Assembly (NCBI GenBank): GCA_950097015.1
Contig: CATNEN010000033.1
Coordinates: forward strand, 1,550,001 to 1,614,000
Source of the DNA: Macrostomum hystrix
Taxonomy: Eukaryota; Animalia; Platyhelminthes
DNA: 64,000 nucleotides
Reading direction: 5' to 3'
The first letter of the stretch is position 1; each line of letters begins with the position of its first letter. The notes beneath the pieces are model-generated. The model was not told the DNA's origin and made no database searches. It saw nothing but the letters and a program-made list of their open reading frames with translations. The translations under genes were made by a program, and so were the position numbers. This document shows positions 63,304 through 64,000 of this stretch, in pieces.

Positions 63304-63751
63304 CTGCCAATCATTTGTCGTGCGAGTTTTTTTAGTTTGATTTTGCTATCGGTTGTTTTTTTTTAAAAATGTTTAACTATGCAGCTAGAATTTGGTCTCA
63401 GTGATCAAGCTACTCAATAGACACACGCCAACTTGTCAATAAAATGGTAACTCAAGCAACGCAACGCATGCCCAGCCGATGCTCGGATCTATTTTATCAG
63501 AATCACCTCAGCGTGTGCAGATAGTGAATCATCGTTTGTAATCGCTTGTTAGCAAAGTTTCTAAATCTCTCATTTTATATTATGTGTAAATAAATCACTG
63601 TAATACTACTCAGTGTGCAATTTATAGCGATGGTATCATATTGCGAAAGAAAGCTATTGTGTGTCTTCGAGCCAATCTCTGTTGCTTTTGAAATGCAATA
63701 CTTCCAGCCACTCACATACACCGGCTATAGCCTCCGCAAAGTATACTCTCC

Positions 63752-64000
63752 TTATCTGCCTCCCCACCCAACCCAATGTACATTCCCGATCTGCCTCCCC
63801 ACCCAACCCAATGTACATTCCCGATCTGCCTCCCCACCCAACCCAATGTACATTCCCGATCTGCCTCCCCACCCAACCCAATGTACGTTCCCGATCTGCC
63901 TCCCCACCCAACCCAATGTACATTCCCGATCTGCCTCCCCACCCAACCCAATGTACATTCCCGATCTGCCTCCCCACCCAACCCAATGTACATTCCCGAT
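63752..64000. repeat. 35-bp minisatellite running off the window end
   Basis: GATCTGCCTCCCCACCCAACCCAATGTACATTCCC repeated. Confidence 0.95.

Overview
Eukaryotic (animal) genomic DNA with spliceosomal GT-AG introns. The GC-rich codons, poly-Gln/Ala/Gly runs and minisatellite-stuffed introns suggest a free-living flatworm such as Macrostomum, but this is inference only. By manual splicing I reconstructed seven protein-coding genes: a DEG/ENaC (ASIC/FaNaC-like) channel (+), a two-RRM hnRNP D/AB/Squid-like gene (+), an uncharacterised HAD-fold-like gene (+), CCDC178 (-), and a same-strand trio DDX47 - TCP1(CCT1) - GTF3C3 (+). There are two convergent tRNA-Thr genes (AGT, TGT), tRNA-headed SINEs, a hAT MITE with intact 8-bp TSD, a Tc1-like transposase relic and an interstitial (TTAGGG)n tract. 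About 25 different tandem arrays (units 8-141 bp) cover roughly 18 kb. The most striking feature is a 47-bp x30 array that multiplies an ENaC exon end plus its 5' splice site. Each copy could in principle act as an in-frame 36-nt micro-exon encoding the channel's DEG/gate segment. Most long ORFs in the supplied track are artefacts of tandem repeats. All coordinates were hand-derived, and array edges are approximate.
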